Source: Mycoplasma sp. CAG:776 (GTDB lineage Bacteria; Bacillota_I; Bacilli_A; RF39; UBA660). Taken from it: a DNA stretch of 64,000 nt. The notes under the pieces were generated by a model, which had not been told where the DNA came from, did no database searches, and was given only the letters and a program-made list of their open reading frames with translations. The stretch is from positions 87,394 to 151,393 of the forward strand of contig FR903071.1 in assembly GCA_000438195.1 (NCBI GenBank). The letters run 5' to 3'. The position numbers were made by a program, and so were the translations under genes. This document shows positions 1 through 9,424 of the stretch, in pieces; the stretch's first letter is position 1, and the number at the start of each line of letters is the position of its first letter.

Positions 1-121
1 GCAATGGTGTGCTTTCAAACTTATCTACAATTTCGTTAAACGTTAATTCTTTGGCTTTTACTGGAAGTATAAAGCTCAACATACATCCCATAATAATAAA
101 TACTGTCATTATTTTTTTCAT
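1..121 (-). CDS. Partial CDS (N-terminus only; continues past window start): secreted protein with signal peptide MKKIMTVFIIMGCMLSFILPVKA
   Basis: ATG at 121..119 (minus), preceded by AAGAGG RBS. Hydrophobic signal-like N-terminus. ORF open to position 1. Confidence 0.4.
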   Translation of the reverse strand, partial: MKKIMTVFIIMGCMLSFILPVKAKELTFNEIVDKFESTPL

Positions 122-261
122 TTATAAACCTCTTTCTACTTTATACGACAATTTTAGCACACCCAAAAATGTAAGTCAATAGTTTACAAACAAAAAATGT
201 GAATTGTAAGCTTACATATTTTTGTTAGCTGTTAGTCTACAATTATATTAAAGGTGATATT

Positions 262-507
262 ATGAAAGATTTAAAATTTGATACAGATATTTACGGAACG
301 ATCAGAAAAAATATTAGAAAATATCGTAGATTAAAAGGAATTACTTCGGCTCAACTTGCAGAAGCTGTGGATTTGTCTCATGAATTTATTAGACAAATTG
401 AAAGTGACAAAGTAGCCAATACTTTTTCTGTTGAAACTCTTTATCGTATTTCTGTGGCTCTTGATGTAAAATTGGATGATTTAATTAAAAAAAATTCAGA
501 AAATTAA
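262..507 (+). CDS. XRE-family helix-turn-helix transcriptional regulator (single HTH)
   Basis: HTH_XRE-like motif (ITSAQLAEAVDLSHEFIRQIESDK), 81 aa. Sits just upstream of the ABC exporter pair. Confidence 0.7.
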   Translation: MKDLKFDTDIYGTIRKNIRKYRRLKGITSAQLAEAVDLSHEFIRQIESDKVANTFSVETLYRISVALDVKLDDLIKKNSEN

Positions 508-518
508 TCTGAATTTTT

Positions 519-2324
519 TTATGAAACTTTTTCAAACTGTGAATTATATATTTTAGCATAAAAACCATTTTTGGCTAATAATTCTTCATGTCGTCCTACT
601 TCAACAATATCCCCTTCATTCATTACTAATATTAAGTCGGCATTTTTAATTGTAGACAAACGATGAGCAATGATAAATGAAGTTCTTCCTTCCATTACTT
701 TATCCATTGCTTGCCCGATTAATTCTTCAGTACGAGTATCAACATTACTGGTTGCTTCATCTAAAATTAGTACTTTAGGGTTCGCAAGAATGGCTCTTGC
801 TATTGTTAGTAATTGTTTTTGACCTCCACTTATATTACTAGTCTCTTCATTTATAATAGAATTGTATCCATCTGGTAAAGTTCTAATAAAGAAATCGGCA
901 CTAGCAGTCTTAGCGGCGTCTATCACTTCTTTATCAGAAGCATTTAAATTTCCATAACGTAAATTATCTAAAATTGTTCCATTAAATAGCCATGTATCTT
1001 GAAGGACCATTGCAAATACGGTTTCATATTCTTTTCTTTTATAATTTTTAATATTTACACCATCTAAAAGAATTTCACCACCATTTAATTCATAGAAGCG
1101 CATTAATAATTTTACCATAGTTGTTTTTCCGGCTCCCGTTGGACCGACAATGGCTATTTTTTCACCACTTTTTACTTGGGCATTAAAATCTTTAATAATC
1201 ATCTTATCTTTATTATAGCCAAATTTTACGTGTTTAAATTCAATATTACCAGTAACTTTTTCACACGAGATTGTTCCTTCATCTACATATTCTTCTTGTT
1301 CTAGAAAATTAAATACTCTTTCACTAGCGGCGATCATACTTTGAATTAAACTAGATATTTGAGCTAGTTGGGCAATAGGATTTGTAAAATTACGAGAATA
1401 TTGGATAAAACTTTGAATGTTACCAATTGTAATCTTACCATTAATCGCAAATATTGCTCCTAATATAGCTATAATAGTATAATTTAGATTTGCAACAAAA
1501 TTCATAATAGGATGCATTAATCCAGATAAAAATTGGGCTTTAAAACCAGCAACACACAATTTCTCATTATCGCGATTAAAATCTTTTAGCGATTTTTCTT
1601 CAGCATTAAAGGCTTTAATTACGGTATGACCACTAATGATTTCTTCTACTTCACCGTCAACACTTCCTAAATAGTTTTGCTGATTCATAAAGTGTTTTTG
1701 GCTTTTACTTACAATTAACATAACAATTATACTTGCTACTGGTAAAATTAGAGCTGTAATGATTGCTAGTGTAAAGTTAATGGTACACATCATAATAAAT
1801 ATTCCCACAAGTGTTACTATAGATGACACTAATTGAGTTGCTGATTGATTTAAATTTAATTGTAAAGTATCAATATCATTCGTGATAACAGATAAAATAT
1901 CACCTGTATTTTGTTTATCATAATAACTCATTGGCAACTTATTTAATTTATGAGATATTCTTTTTCTTAATTTATAACTTGCTCTTTGAGATACATGAGT
2001 CATGATTAGATTTTGAATATAATTAAATAAAGCACTTACAATATAAAGTATTGCTAGACATATTAGTATAGATTTTATTGCATTAAAATTAATGCCCCCT
2101 GTACCATTTATTTTGGCAATAATACCATTATATATCTCTGTTGTAGCATTTCCTAATATCTTAGGTGATATAATAGCAAATACGGTACTTCCTATAGCAA
2201 ATAGGAAAGCTATAATAATTAATATTTTATATTCTGATATAATTTTTAAAAACTTTTTTAATGTTCCCTTAAAGTCCTTTGCTTTATCAACAGCTCCAGG
2301 ACCTCCACCCATTCTTCTTGCCAT
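519..2324 (-). CDS. ABC transporter permease/ATP-binding fusion protein (type I exporter half-transporter, heterodimer partner)
   Basis: N-terminal 6-TM domain. Walker A GPTGAGKTT, ABC signature ISGGQKQ, Walker B ILILDEATS. Start abuts the stop of the adjacent paralog. Confidence 0.9.
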   Translation of the reverse strand: MARRMGGGPGAVDKAKDFKGTLKKFLKIISEYKILIIIAFLFAIGSTVFAIISPKILGNATTEIYNGIIAKINGTGGINFNAIKSILICLAILYIVSALFNYIQNLIMTHVSQRASYKLRKRISHKLNKLPMSYYDKQNTGDILSVITNDIDTLQLNLNQSATQLVSSIVTLVGIFIMMCTINFTLAIITALILPVASIIVMLIVSKSQKHFMNQQNYLGSVDGEVEEIISGHTVIKAFNAEEKSLKDFNRDNEKLCVAGFKAQFLSGLMHPIMNFVANLNYTIIAILGAIFAINGKITIGNIQSFIQYSRNFTNPIAQLAQISSLIQSMIAASERVFNFLEQEEYVDEGTISCEKVTGNIEFKHVKFGYNKDKMIIKDFNAQVKSGEKIAIVGPTGAGKTTMVKLLMRFYELNGGEILLDGVNIKNYKRKEYETVFAMVLQDTWLFNGTILDNLRYGNLNASDKEVIDAAKTASADFFIRTLPDGYNSIINEETSNISGGQKQLLTIARAILANPKVLILDEATSNVDTRTEELIGQAMDKVMEGRTSFIIAHRLSTIKNADLILVMNEGDIVEVGRHEELLAKNGFYAKIYNSQFEKVS

Positions 2325-4528
2325 TAGAGTTCCTCCTCCTTTAATTGCGATAAAGCAATTTCTTTATAGATTTTGCATGTTTTTAAAAGCTCTTTATGAC
2401 TTCCACTTCCCACTATTTCTCCTTCATTTAAAACAATAATGTTATCCGCATTCATAATGGTACTTATTCTTTGGGCTACTATTAATATAGTAGCATCTTT
2501 GGCATGTTTAAATAAAGCTTTTCTTAAGGCTGCATCTGTTTTAAAGTCTAAAGCACTAAAAGAATCATCAAAAATATAAATTTCTGGATTCTTGGCTATG
2601 GCTCTAGCAATGGATAAACGCTGTTTTTGCCCACCACTCACATTTGTTCCACCTTGGGAAATTTCACTTTCAAACTTATCTTTTTTAGCATCTATGAATT
2701 CTAGAGATTGGCTAACTTTTGCTACCTTTATCATATCTTCTTCTGTTAAATTATCATTACCAAACATTAAATTAGATTTTATCGTTCCACTAAATAACAT
2801 TCCTTTTTGGGGAACATAGCCAATTCGATTTCTTAGTTCCATCACAGAAGCATCTTTTATATTTATTCCATCAACATATATTTCACCGTTAGTGGCATCA
2901 AAAAATCTTGGAATTAGATTAATTAAAGTAGATTTACCTGAGCCCGTTGAACCAATAAACGCCGTTGTTGTTCCAGGTGTAGCTTTAAAACTTATATTTT
3001 TTAGCATTGCTTCATCAGCATCGGGGTATTTAAAGCTTACATCTTTAAATTCAATTGTTCCCTTAGCTTCTTCTTTAAATGCTACTGGATTTTCTGGCTC
3101 TACTATTGAAACCTCTTTTTTTAATATTTCTCTAATTCTTTTTAATGAAACTAAAGCTCGTGGCATCATAACTGATACTAGAGATATCATTAAGAAAGAC
3201 ATAATAATTTGCATTGTATAACTAATAAATGCTAAAAGTGTTCCTACTTGTAACGAACCAATATCAATTTGCTTCGCTCCATACCAAACAATTAGAATAC
3301 TGATAATATTCATGACTAGCATCATACTCGGCATCATAATCCCCATTAAACGATTAACAAATAAATTAGTTTTAGTTAATTTAATATTTGCTTTATCAAA
3401 TCGTTCTTCTTCGTGCTTTTCTGTTCCAAACGTCCTTATTACTGGCATACCGGTAATAATCTCTCTAGATACTAGATTCATTTTATCAATTAGTTTTTGC
3501 ATACTCTTGAATTTTGGCATAGCAAAACCAAATAAAATGCCAATTAAAACAAAAATAACAATTAATGCAATACCAATAATCCAATTTAAAGGATTATCAC
3601 TTACTTTAATGAAGGCTCCTATTCCCATGATGGGAGCAAAAACAACTATTCGAAGCAACATAATAAAAAACATTTTTATCTGCTCAATGTCATTTGTTGA
3701 TCTAGTAATTAAACTAGACGCTCCAAATTCTTTAAATTCTTTAGAAGAAAAACTCATAATCTTTCTTACTACTTTCTCTCTTAAAACATATCCAATTTTA
3801 GCTGCCAATTTGGCTACTAAAAATCCTACAATAATTGCTATAACCATACCAGCTCCGGCAATCCCTAGCATAATTAATCCTTTATTCATAATATAACTTA
3901 TTTGATATTTATCCATATCCATACCAATTTCATTATAAATTGCTTTGACACTTGATATAGCATATTGATCTAACATCATAGAATCCATACTTTTTAAAGA
4001 TTGCTCTATAGAATTAATTACTGTATTAAAAGTTTCATCATCTAACTGTAATACTACATCTAATAGTGTACTTCCTTCTGGTATTGTCAAATTTAGATTT
4101 TGAGCAATATCTTCATTATTACTATAAAGCATTGTTGTAATTAATAGTGGGATTTTGATACGCTCTTCTACAATAGATTTTTCTTCTTCTGTTAAATCTT
4201 TTAATAAATAAAGATTTTCTTCTTTTAACAACGGATATTTTTCACTTAACGCTTCTAAATCTTGACTGTTTAGATTTTCTGGTATAAAAAGATCATAACT
4301 TACCATTATTGGAAGATCTTCTTTACTAATTTTAGCAATTCCATTATATATTTCACTAGTTAATACTTCTGGAAGACCACTATCAATTCCTCCTTGCTGA
4401 ATTCCATTATTAATAATATCTGATGTATAGCTTGGTAATTCAAGATCACATAATGCTTGAACTGCTAATAAGACTATTACAGCTATTATCGGAATTATAA
4501 ATTTTAAAAAAATATTTTGTTTTTTCAA
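2324..4528 (-). CDS. ABC transporter permease/ATP-binding fusion protein (heterodimeric multidrug-type exporter subunit) with large extracytoplasmic insertion after TM1
   Basis: Walker A GSTGSGKST, signature VSGGQKQR, Walker B IYIFDDSFSALD. 734 aa, with ~190-aa extra loop between TM1 and TM2. Confidence 0.9.
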   Translation of the reverse strand: MKKQNIFLKFIIPIIAVIVLLAVQALCDLELPSYTSDIINNGIQQGGIDSGLPEVLTSEIYNGIAKISKEDLPIMVSYDLFIPENLNSQDLEALSEKYPLLKEENLYLLKDLTEEEKSIVEERIKIPLLITTMLYSNNEDIAQNLNLTIPEGSTLLDVVLQLDDETFNTVINSIEQSLKSMDSMMLDQYAISSVKAIYNEIGMDMDKYQISYIMNKGLIMLGIAGAGMVIAIIVGFLVAKLAAKIGYVLREKVVRKIMSFSSKEFKEFGASSLITRSTNDIEQIKMFFIMLLRIVVFAPIMGIGAFIKVSDNPLNWIIGIALIVIFVLIGILFGFAMPKFKSMQKLIDKMNLVSREIITGMPVIRTFGTEKHEEERFDKANIKLTKTNLFVNRLMGIMMPSMMLVMNIISILIVWYGAKQIDIGSLQVGTLLAFISYTMQIIMSFLMISLVSVMMPRALVSLKRIREILKKEVSIVEPENPVAFKEEAKGTIEFKDVSFKYPDADEAMLKNISFKATPGTTTAFIGSTGSGKSTLINLIPRFFDATNGEIYVDGINIKDASVMELRNRIGYVPQKGMLFSGTIKSNLMFGNDNLTEEDMIKVAKVSQSLEFIDAKKDKFESEISQGGTNVSGGQKQRLSIARAIAKNPEIYIFDDSFSALDFKTDAALRKALFKHAKDATILIVAQRISTIMNADNIIVLNEGEIVGSGSHKELLKTCKIYKEIALSQLKEEEL

Positions 4529-4658
4529 AAAAATCCCTCCAATATATTTTATTTGTCGTGTGTTTAATTATATCATTAATTATATTAATTGTTAACCAAA
4601 AATTAGATTTCATTTTGGATTTATTTTTTATTTATGATAAAATTAAAATGGTGATAAT

Positions 4659-4979
4659 ATGAAAAGTTATATTGATCAATATATTCAAGAATTAGAAAAA
4701 ATGATTGATAGTAAAAAAATTAATAAATCTTTAGTGGATGAACTTTTAATTAAAATAAACTTTTTTAATAAGGAAAGAATTATTCATTTATTCATTACGC
4801 TTTTTTATGCTTTATTTACCATTTTATTTATATGTCATATTAAAGAATCCATCATGTATTTAATTTTCGCTTTATTTATGATTTGTTTTTTAATTCCATA
4901 TATTATTCATTATTTTAGATTAGAAGCTAGAGTTCAATATCTTTATAAAATTTATGATAAAATAAAAAATTCAGATTAA
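4659..4979 (+). CDS. Small membrane protein, unknown function
   Basis: 106 aa, two hydrophobic helices. Followed by hairpin ttcaga-ttaagc-tctgaa plus T-run. Confidence 0.4.
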   Translation: MKSYIDQYIQELEKMIDSKKINKSLVDELLIKINFFNKERIIHLFITLFYALFTILFICHIKESIMYLIFALFMICFLIPYIIHYFRLEARVQYLYKIYDKIKNSD

Positions 4980-4990
4980 GCTCTGAATTT
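4963..4990. terminator. Bidirectional rho-independent terminator between the small membrane protein gene and hup
   Basis: Hairpin ttcaga/tctgaa flanked by an A-run and a T-run. Confidence 0.4.
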
Positions 4991-5004
4991 TTTTAATTTT
5001 TAAA

Positions 5005-5277
5005 TTAGTTTAAAGCATCTTTTAATTTGCTTCCAGCTTTGAATGAAGCTACAGTCTTAGCAGGAATTTTGATTGCTTCTTTAGTTAAAGGATTAATTCC
5101 TTCACGTGCTGCACGTTTTTTAGCACTAAATGTTCCAAATCCAACTAAAGTTACTTTTCCTTCTTTCTTTAGTCCTGTTTGGATTCCTTCTAATAAAGCG
5201 TCTAATACGCGTCCTACTTCAGCTTTTGATACTTCAGCTTTAGCAGCAGCAAATTCTACTAATTCAGTTCTTGACAT
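5005..5277 (-). CDS. hup: DNA-binding protein HU
   Basis: 90 aa. HU/IHF signature (GFGTFSAKKRAAREGINPLT, beta-arm). Confidence 0.9.
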   Translation of the reverse strand: MSRTELVEFAAAKAEVSKAEVGRVLDALLEGIQTGLKKEGKVTLVGFGTFSAKKRAAREGINPLTKEAIKIPAKTVASFKAGSKLKDALN

Positions 5278-5344
5278 TAATAATTACCTCCCAACTCAAA
5301 AACTAATTTTATAAGGTCTTTACCTTACATAATAACATTATCAA

Positions 5345-5378
5345 AAAAAGCCCTTAAAATCAAGGCTTTTTTTATTTT
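5345..5378. terminator. Hairpin terminator (agccctt..aaggct) with flanking A/T runs, downstream of the 5451..6383 gene
   Basis: Inverted repeat plus poly-T seen in the sequence. Confidence 0.4.
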
Positions 5379-5450
5379 TTTTATTAGATTTTCTCTATAA
5401 AAAACGCATTTTACTTAAGTTTTACAAAACAAAAACCTAATTTTAGGCTC

Positions 5451-6383
5451 TTATTCACTTTTTCTTGCAGGTAAATCTATTTTTTTAGGTAACTCTATTT
5501 TTTCTTTTACTGGTTCTTTTATTGGCTCTCTAACATAAACTGAACTAAATGTTTCTGGTTTTTTTAGATTATTTGAATTCGTTACTTCATTCATTGGAGT
5601 TACTGTTATTTCTTCATATTTTTTACTGTCTTTTTCTAATTCATCTAACTCTTTAGAAATTGATTTTGCTAAAGCATCAAAATCAATGCTGGGTACTTTG
5701 ATTTTTTCTGTTTCTATTTTTTCTGCTGGTTTATAATATGTATTTATAACTGGTTCTTCATTAATTTGAAGTTTTGGTTCTTCTTCTTTTAAAATTGGAG
5801 CGACAGGCTCATTTACTGAATTTTCTTCCGTTATTATAGTATGAATAGGTTCTCTCGGTATCTCAATTTTTGTAGGTTCTAAGGTTACTCTTTGAGGAAC
5901 TTCTTCTACGATTCTTTCATTTATAATAGGGCTTGTATTAATAATTGGCTCTATTTTTGGCTCTTCTATTACTGGTTTTACTGACTCTTCAAGAATTAGA
6001 TTGTCCACATATTCTTCTTTTGGTTCTTCAGAAAAAGAATTTATTGGTGGAACAGGCATTACAGGAATTACTGGTTCAACTGGTGTTACAATGCTTGGTT
6101 CTACTACTGGTTTTACAGGTTCTAAATTCTCATTTGTATTTGTTTCTAAATTGATAGGAGCAACAGGCTCTGGATTTACAGGTATTTCTACTGGTGTAGG
6201 AACGCTTGTTTCTTTAAATGTATCTTTTGCTTCTAACTTTTGCGTTTCTTCTAATTTTCTTTTCTTCTGGTCTTTTTTGCCAAAAAATAAAACGATTAAA
6301 AATGTTACTACCAAAAAGGCTATAACTGCAAATAAACCAATACCGAAATAATTACTACTATATAATTTATCAAGGAAATTCAT
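5451..6383 (-). CDS. Membrane-anchored Pro/Glu/Val-rich low-complexity protein (start adjusted to MNFLDKLY with GGTGGTG RBS)
   Basis: N-terminal TM helix, then a PV/PE-rich repetitive region. The internal ATG at 6383 has a strong RBS, whereas the track start at 6440 has none. Confidence 0.5.
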   Translation of the reverse strand: MNFLDKLYSSNYFGIGLFAVIAFLVVTFLIVLFFGKKDQKKRKLEETQKLEAKDTFKETSVPTPVEIPVNPEPVAPINLETNTNENLEPVKPVVEPSIVTPVEPVIPVMPVPPINSFSEEPKEEYVDNLILEESVKPVIEEPKIEPIINTSPIINERIVEEVPQRVTLEPTKIEIPREPIHTIITEENSVNEPVAPILKEEEPKLQINEEPVINTYYKPAEKIETEKIKVPSIDFDALAKSISKELDELEKDSKKYEEITVTPMNEVTNSNNLKKPETFSSVYVREPIKEPVKEKIELPKKIDLPARKSE

Positions 6384-6486
6384 CCTTACACCACCTTTTA
6401 TTCTACTTATTAGTCTATCATATCTATATGTGAAAATCAAGAAAAAAATGTAAAGTTTTTTACTTTACATTAGTTTACATTATTAT

Positions 6487-7794
6487 TTAAATTTCATAAG
6501 GTGTGGAAGATGTTCCGTTTCCTGATTTTATAGTCACATCATGGGCCAGATTAATTACTGGGCGCACACCTAAAATATTTCCCATATTATCTCCTGCATA
6601 ATAGTAGTCTAAGCTTCCAGTTGCTGTTATAAAAAGTATTGCTGCTTGGCCTATATCTTGATCATCAAAACCATATGGCGTCATCGTCCAATAATATTGT
6701 TCAGTTCGTAGATAATAACTTTGGTTATTTGTCTTATAATTTCCGCCAGCATACACTACCTCATCTGCTGTAATAAGTCCGATTGGATTATCTAGTGCTC
6801 TGTTTCCTTTTTCACTTTCTTTTACTGTAAATAAATCTGTATTATTTTCACATTTTAAACTAGGATTTTTATTTTTTTCTAATCTATAATATGCTTTAAA
6901 ATATGTTTGCTTGCTCCCTATCCCTATTCCACTATCAAGACTTCGATCATTACAAAAGCCCTGACTCGTTTCTATATCTGAAACATAATTTGATAAGTTT
7001 TTAGTATACCAATTGTCTAGTAATTCTTTGATAGTGCTAGAATTAGTTAATCCATGCAGTTCGTTTAATGTATACATATATCCGACATATTCGCTTTTAT
7101 AATAATTTGAATTATAATAACTTTTGGCTATTTGAGCATTTGTATCATTATCTGTTGGACTTGTTCCTTGATAAATCATACGCACGCTCCCGTCTCCATT
7201 AATTCGAATTATCCTCCAATAATATCCTGCAAACTTTACATAATTATTCTCTACTGCACCTCTAAAATAATAACTTTCTCCCCAGTCATCTTCTGTTTTA
7301 TATATTCCCTCATCTGTTGTTGCTACCTGACTAAAATCTGGTTCTCCTTCATTTACTTTACTATTTGCTAATATTGCATCTTTTAATGTCTTTGACTCAA
7401 CAAAATATAAGTAACATCTTGTTCCTTTTTTTGACATTCCTAAAAAGTTGATTACTCCATTTTGATATTCTATTGTTATATTATTATCTTTCGTATCATT
7501 TACTTCACAATAACTTTTTTCTTCATTCAAACTATATCCACTTGTTGGTACGGTATCTATGCTTTCATAATCTCCATTTTCTTCTTGATACATCGCTACC
7601 ATTTTTAAATCATACGGTGTATAGTTGATTGTTCCATTCACTAATGGTATTGACTCAATAATTCGATATTTGGCTAAACTATTGTTAGTAATCAATACAA
7701 TAAGAAGTATTACTGCACAGACAAAACCACATAAAAAATATATTCTTTTTTTATTTCTTTTTAATGTTTCAAATTCTATACTTTCATTCTTCAA
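6487..7794 (-). CDS. Signal-anchored secreted/surface protein, paralog A of a duplicated family (conserved N- and C-termini, variable core)
   Basis: TTG start. N-terminal TM KKRIYFLCGFVCAVILLIVLITNNSLAKYR. C-terminal GVRPVINLAHDVTIKSGNGTSSTPYEI almost identical to 20174..21529. Shared central motif YYFRGAV-NN-VKFAGYYWRIIRINGDGS. Confidence 0.7.
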   Translation of the reverse strand: MKNESIEFETLKRNKKRIYFLCGFVCAVILLIVLITNNSLAKYRIIESIPLVNGTINYTPYDLKMVAMYQEENGDYESIDTVPTSGYSLNEEKSYCEVNDTKDNNITIEYQNGVINFLGMSKKGTRCYLYFVESKTLKDAILANSKVNEGEPDFSQVATTDEGIYKTEDDWGESYYFRGAVENNYVKFAGYYWRIIRINGDGSVRMIYQGTSPTDNDTNAQIAKSYYNSNYYKSEYVGYMYTLNELHGLTNSSTIKELLDNWYTKNLSNYVSDIETSQGFCNDRSLDSGIGIGSKQTYFKAYYRLEKNKNPSLKCENNTDLFTVKESEKGNRALDNPIGLITADEVVYAGGNYKTNNQSYYLRTEQYYWTMTPYGFDDQDIGQAAILFITATGSLDYYYAGDNMGNILGVRPVINLAHDVTIKSGNGTSSTPYEI

Positions 7795-7865
7795 TTTTAT
7801 TCCTACTTTCTTAAATAAAATTGAAAACTCTTAGCTATATTAAGTATAGCTGAAAAGATGTAAAT

Positions 7866-7890
7866 AGTCAATCAAAAATCGATTATTTTA
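7866..7890. promoter_or_regulatory. Dyad-symmetric candidate operator in the divergent promoter region between paralog A and its HTH regulator
   Basis: agtcaatcaaaaatcgattatttta (AATCA-N5-cGATT / AATCGATT palindrome). Repeated at 8447..8474 and partly conserved at ~21614. Confidence 0.35.
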
Positions 7891-7899
7891 GCCACTTTT

Positions 7900-8394
7900 A
7901 TGCTTGAAATAAATACGCATGAGAAAATATTAATGGTGAGAAGAATGAATTATGGAAAAATAATGAAAAATTTAAGAACTGAAAATTTATATTCCCAAGC
8001 ATTTATTGCAGAAAAAATGGGATTAAAAAGAAGTACATATAAAGAATATGAACTTCAAAACAGTATTATTCCTATTATCCATTTGAATGAATTCTGTAAC
8101 TTTTTCAACGTTTCTATCGACTATATTTTAGGACTAACAAGTAAGACAAATTATGAAAATTCTAAAATTGAAATAGATAAAAAAACGTCAGGACAAAGGT
8201 TAAAAGAATTAAGAAAAAAATATAAATTAACTCAAAAAGAATTAGCAAAGGTCTTAAATGTTGATATTTCTTTACCTTCTAAATATGAGCATGGAATTTA
8301 CCCAATAGCAACAACTTACCTTTATTCGCTATGTAAAAAATATAATGTCTCTGCTGATTATCTTTTAGGTAAGACAAATCATTTACATATATAA
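7900..8394 (+). CDS. Tandem-HTH XRE-family transcriptional regulator (paralog A), probably starting at an internal Met (~7933/7948)
   Basis: Two XRE HTH units, each ending in the typical ...SADYLLGKT. Divergent from the surface-protein gene. Paralog of 21640..22137. Confidence 0.75.
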   Translation: MLEINTHEKILMVRRMNYGKIMKNLRTENLYSQAFIAEKMGLKRSTYKEYELQNSIIPIIHLNEFCNFFNVSIDYILGLTSKTNYENSKIEIDKKTSGQRLKELRKKYKLTQKELAKVLNVDISLPSKYEHGIYPIATTYLYSLCKKYNVSADYLLGKTNHLHI

Positions 8395-8439
8395 TAGCTA
8401 AGAGTTATCAATTCTTATATTAATTATAAAGAACTTAAA

Positions 8440-8633
8440 TTAAAAAGTCAATCAAAAATTGATTATTTTAGCCAAAACGTTTTATGTAGAAGAAATTCCT
8501 ATTAATTTAATTTCCACTATTTTCTATATGATATATGCAAAAAGAGCAATATATCGCCAATTATCTTTTAGCTAAAATTGATAGTCCTAAATATCTTAAT
8601 AAATAGATATTTTTTATTTTAGTCATAGAAGTC
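8440..8633 (+). pseudogene. Decayed remnant of a third tandem-HTH regulator copy (operator plus 3' gene end retained)
   Basis: 8447..8474 repeats the upstream operator. 8560..8633 matches at DNA level the 3' end and downstream of HTH B (gattatcttttgggtaaaata...cctaaatatcttaa.taaata...ttttttattttagccatagaag). No intact ORF. Confidence 0.35.
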
Positions 8634-8666
8634 AAAAAGCGTCGAACTTTGTCGGACGCTTTTTCT
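8634..8666 (+). terminator. Rho-independent terminator
   Basis: agcgtc-gaactttgtcg-gacgct followed by ttttt. A degenerate copy lies at 22167..22195. Confidence 0.5.
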
Positions 8667-9172
8667 TGATTTTTAGTAAATTCAACTTCATAATATAGTC
8701 TTGAGCATTGGGACTGGTGTCTACTAGTTAGACAAATTTCTATTGTTTACCTCCTTTACTTAAGGGTTTTGGAAGACATAGAAAGGAGTTTTTTGATTAG
8801 TTAGTGAGGTTATTATCCAAACTTATAAATTGGTTTCAACCAAAAAAGACATCAACCATAATTATTGTTAAAAACAATATAACGGTTAATGTCTATCATA
8901 AACAAAAGTAGGCATTTAGACCTAATGCTCTACAAGTTAAGTATAATATATTTTTTTTATAAATTCAAGTTCAAATTGTTTCTTATTTCCTATAATAACC
9001 TCTGTTTCATTTTGTTCCTGGTTTTTTCATGAGATTTTACAAATATGATAATGTAAATTAAAGTAATACAAAACTACTATTGATTATAATTTGCTCATTT
9101 CTATCATTAGAGATGAAGATGAGAAAAGACGCTAAGTAGCGCCTCAAGACTATATTACAAGTATGTTTTTTA

Positions 9173-9382
9173 TTACATAAACTTATTCATTTCACGCATA
9201 ACTTGATTTACTTGTTTTTTACTTGGTTTTCTCCCCATACTTGACATCATTACTTCAATCATTTTTTCATTTATTGGAGGATTTTTCTTTAAATATTTTT
9301 GCATAAAATATTTTGCTAATAGAAAACCTATTATTAAACCAGCTATTAAGCCTATTATACACCATAAAATTTGTGCCCACAT
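9173..9382 (-). CDS. yneF: UPF0154 family small membrane protein (YneF-like)
   Basis: 69 aa. N-terminal TM plus KKNPPINE...MGRKPS motif characteristic of YneF/UPF0154. Terminator hairpin at 9129..9144 (minus). Confidence 0.75.
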   Translation of the reverse strand: MWAQILWCIIGLIAGLIIGFLLAKYFMQKYLKKNPPINEKMIEVMMSSMGRKPSKKQVNQVMREMNKFM

Positions 9383-9424
9383 ATATATTCACCTCATTTA
9401 CATTTTACTATAAAACTATCTCTT

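Noticed and set aside
2092-3896. ORFs 2092..2439, 2592..2819, 2892..3221, 3312..3896 on the + strand
   Set aside because: They lie antisense within the two ABC transporter genes and have low-complexity, atypical composition. They are shadow ORFs.
5027-6351. ORFs 5027..5314, 5945..6154, 6001..6351 (+ strand)
   Set aside because: They are antisense to hup and to the Pro-rich membrane protein gene. The repetitive Leu/Gly-rich translations arise from the complement of the PE/PV-rich repeats.
7132-7834. ORFs 7132..7371 and 7625..7834 (+), 20600..20910 and 21339..21569 (+)
   Set aside because: They are antisense shadows of the two surface-protein paralogs. The conserved 'MIVPF..RYLAKLLLVIN' pair is simply the reverse complement of the conserved N-termini.
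8400-9170. Possible CRISPR array, rRNA fragment or structured RNA such as RNase P/tmRNA in the long non-coding stretches
   Set aside because: No regularly spaced direct repeats. No rRNA or RNase P/tmRNA signature sequences (no GGAAAGTCC-like P4, no tRNA-like CCA end). I therefore describe it only as a conserved non-coding module.
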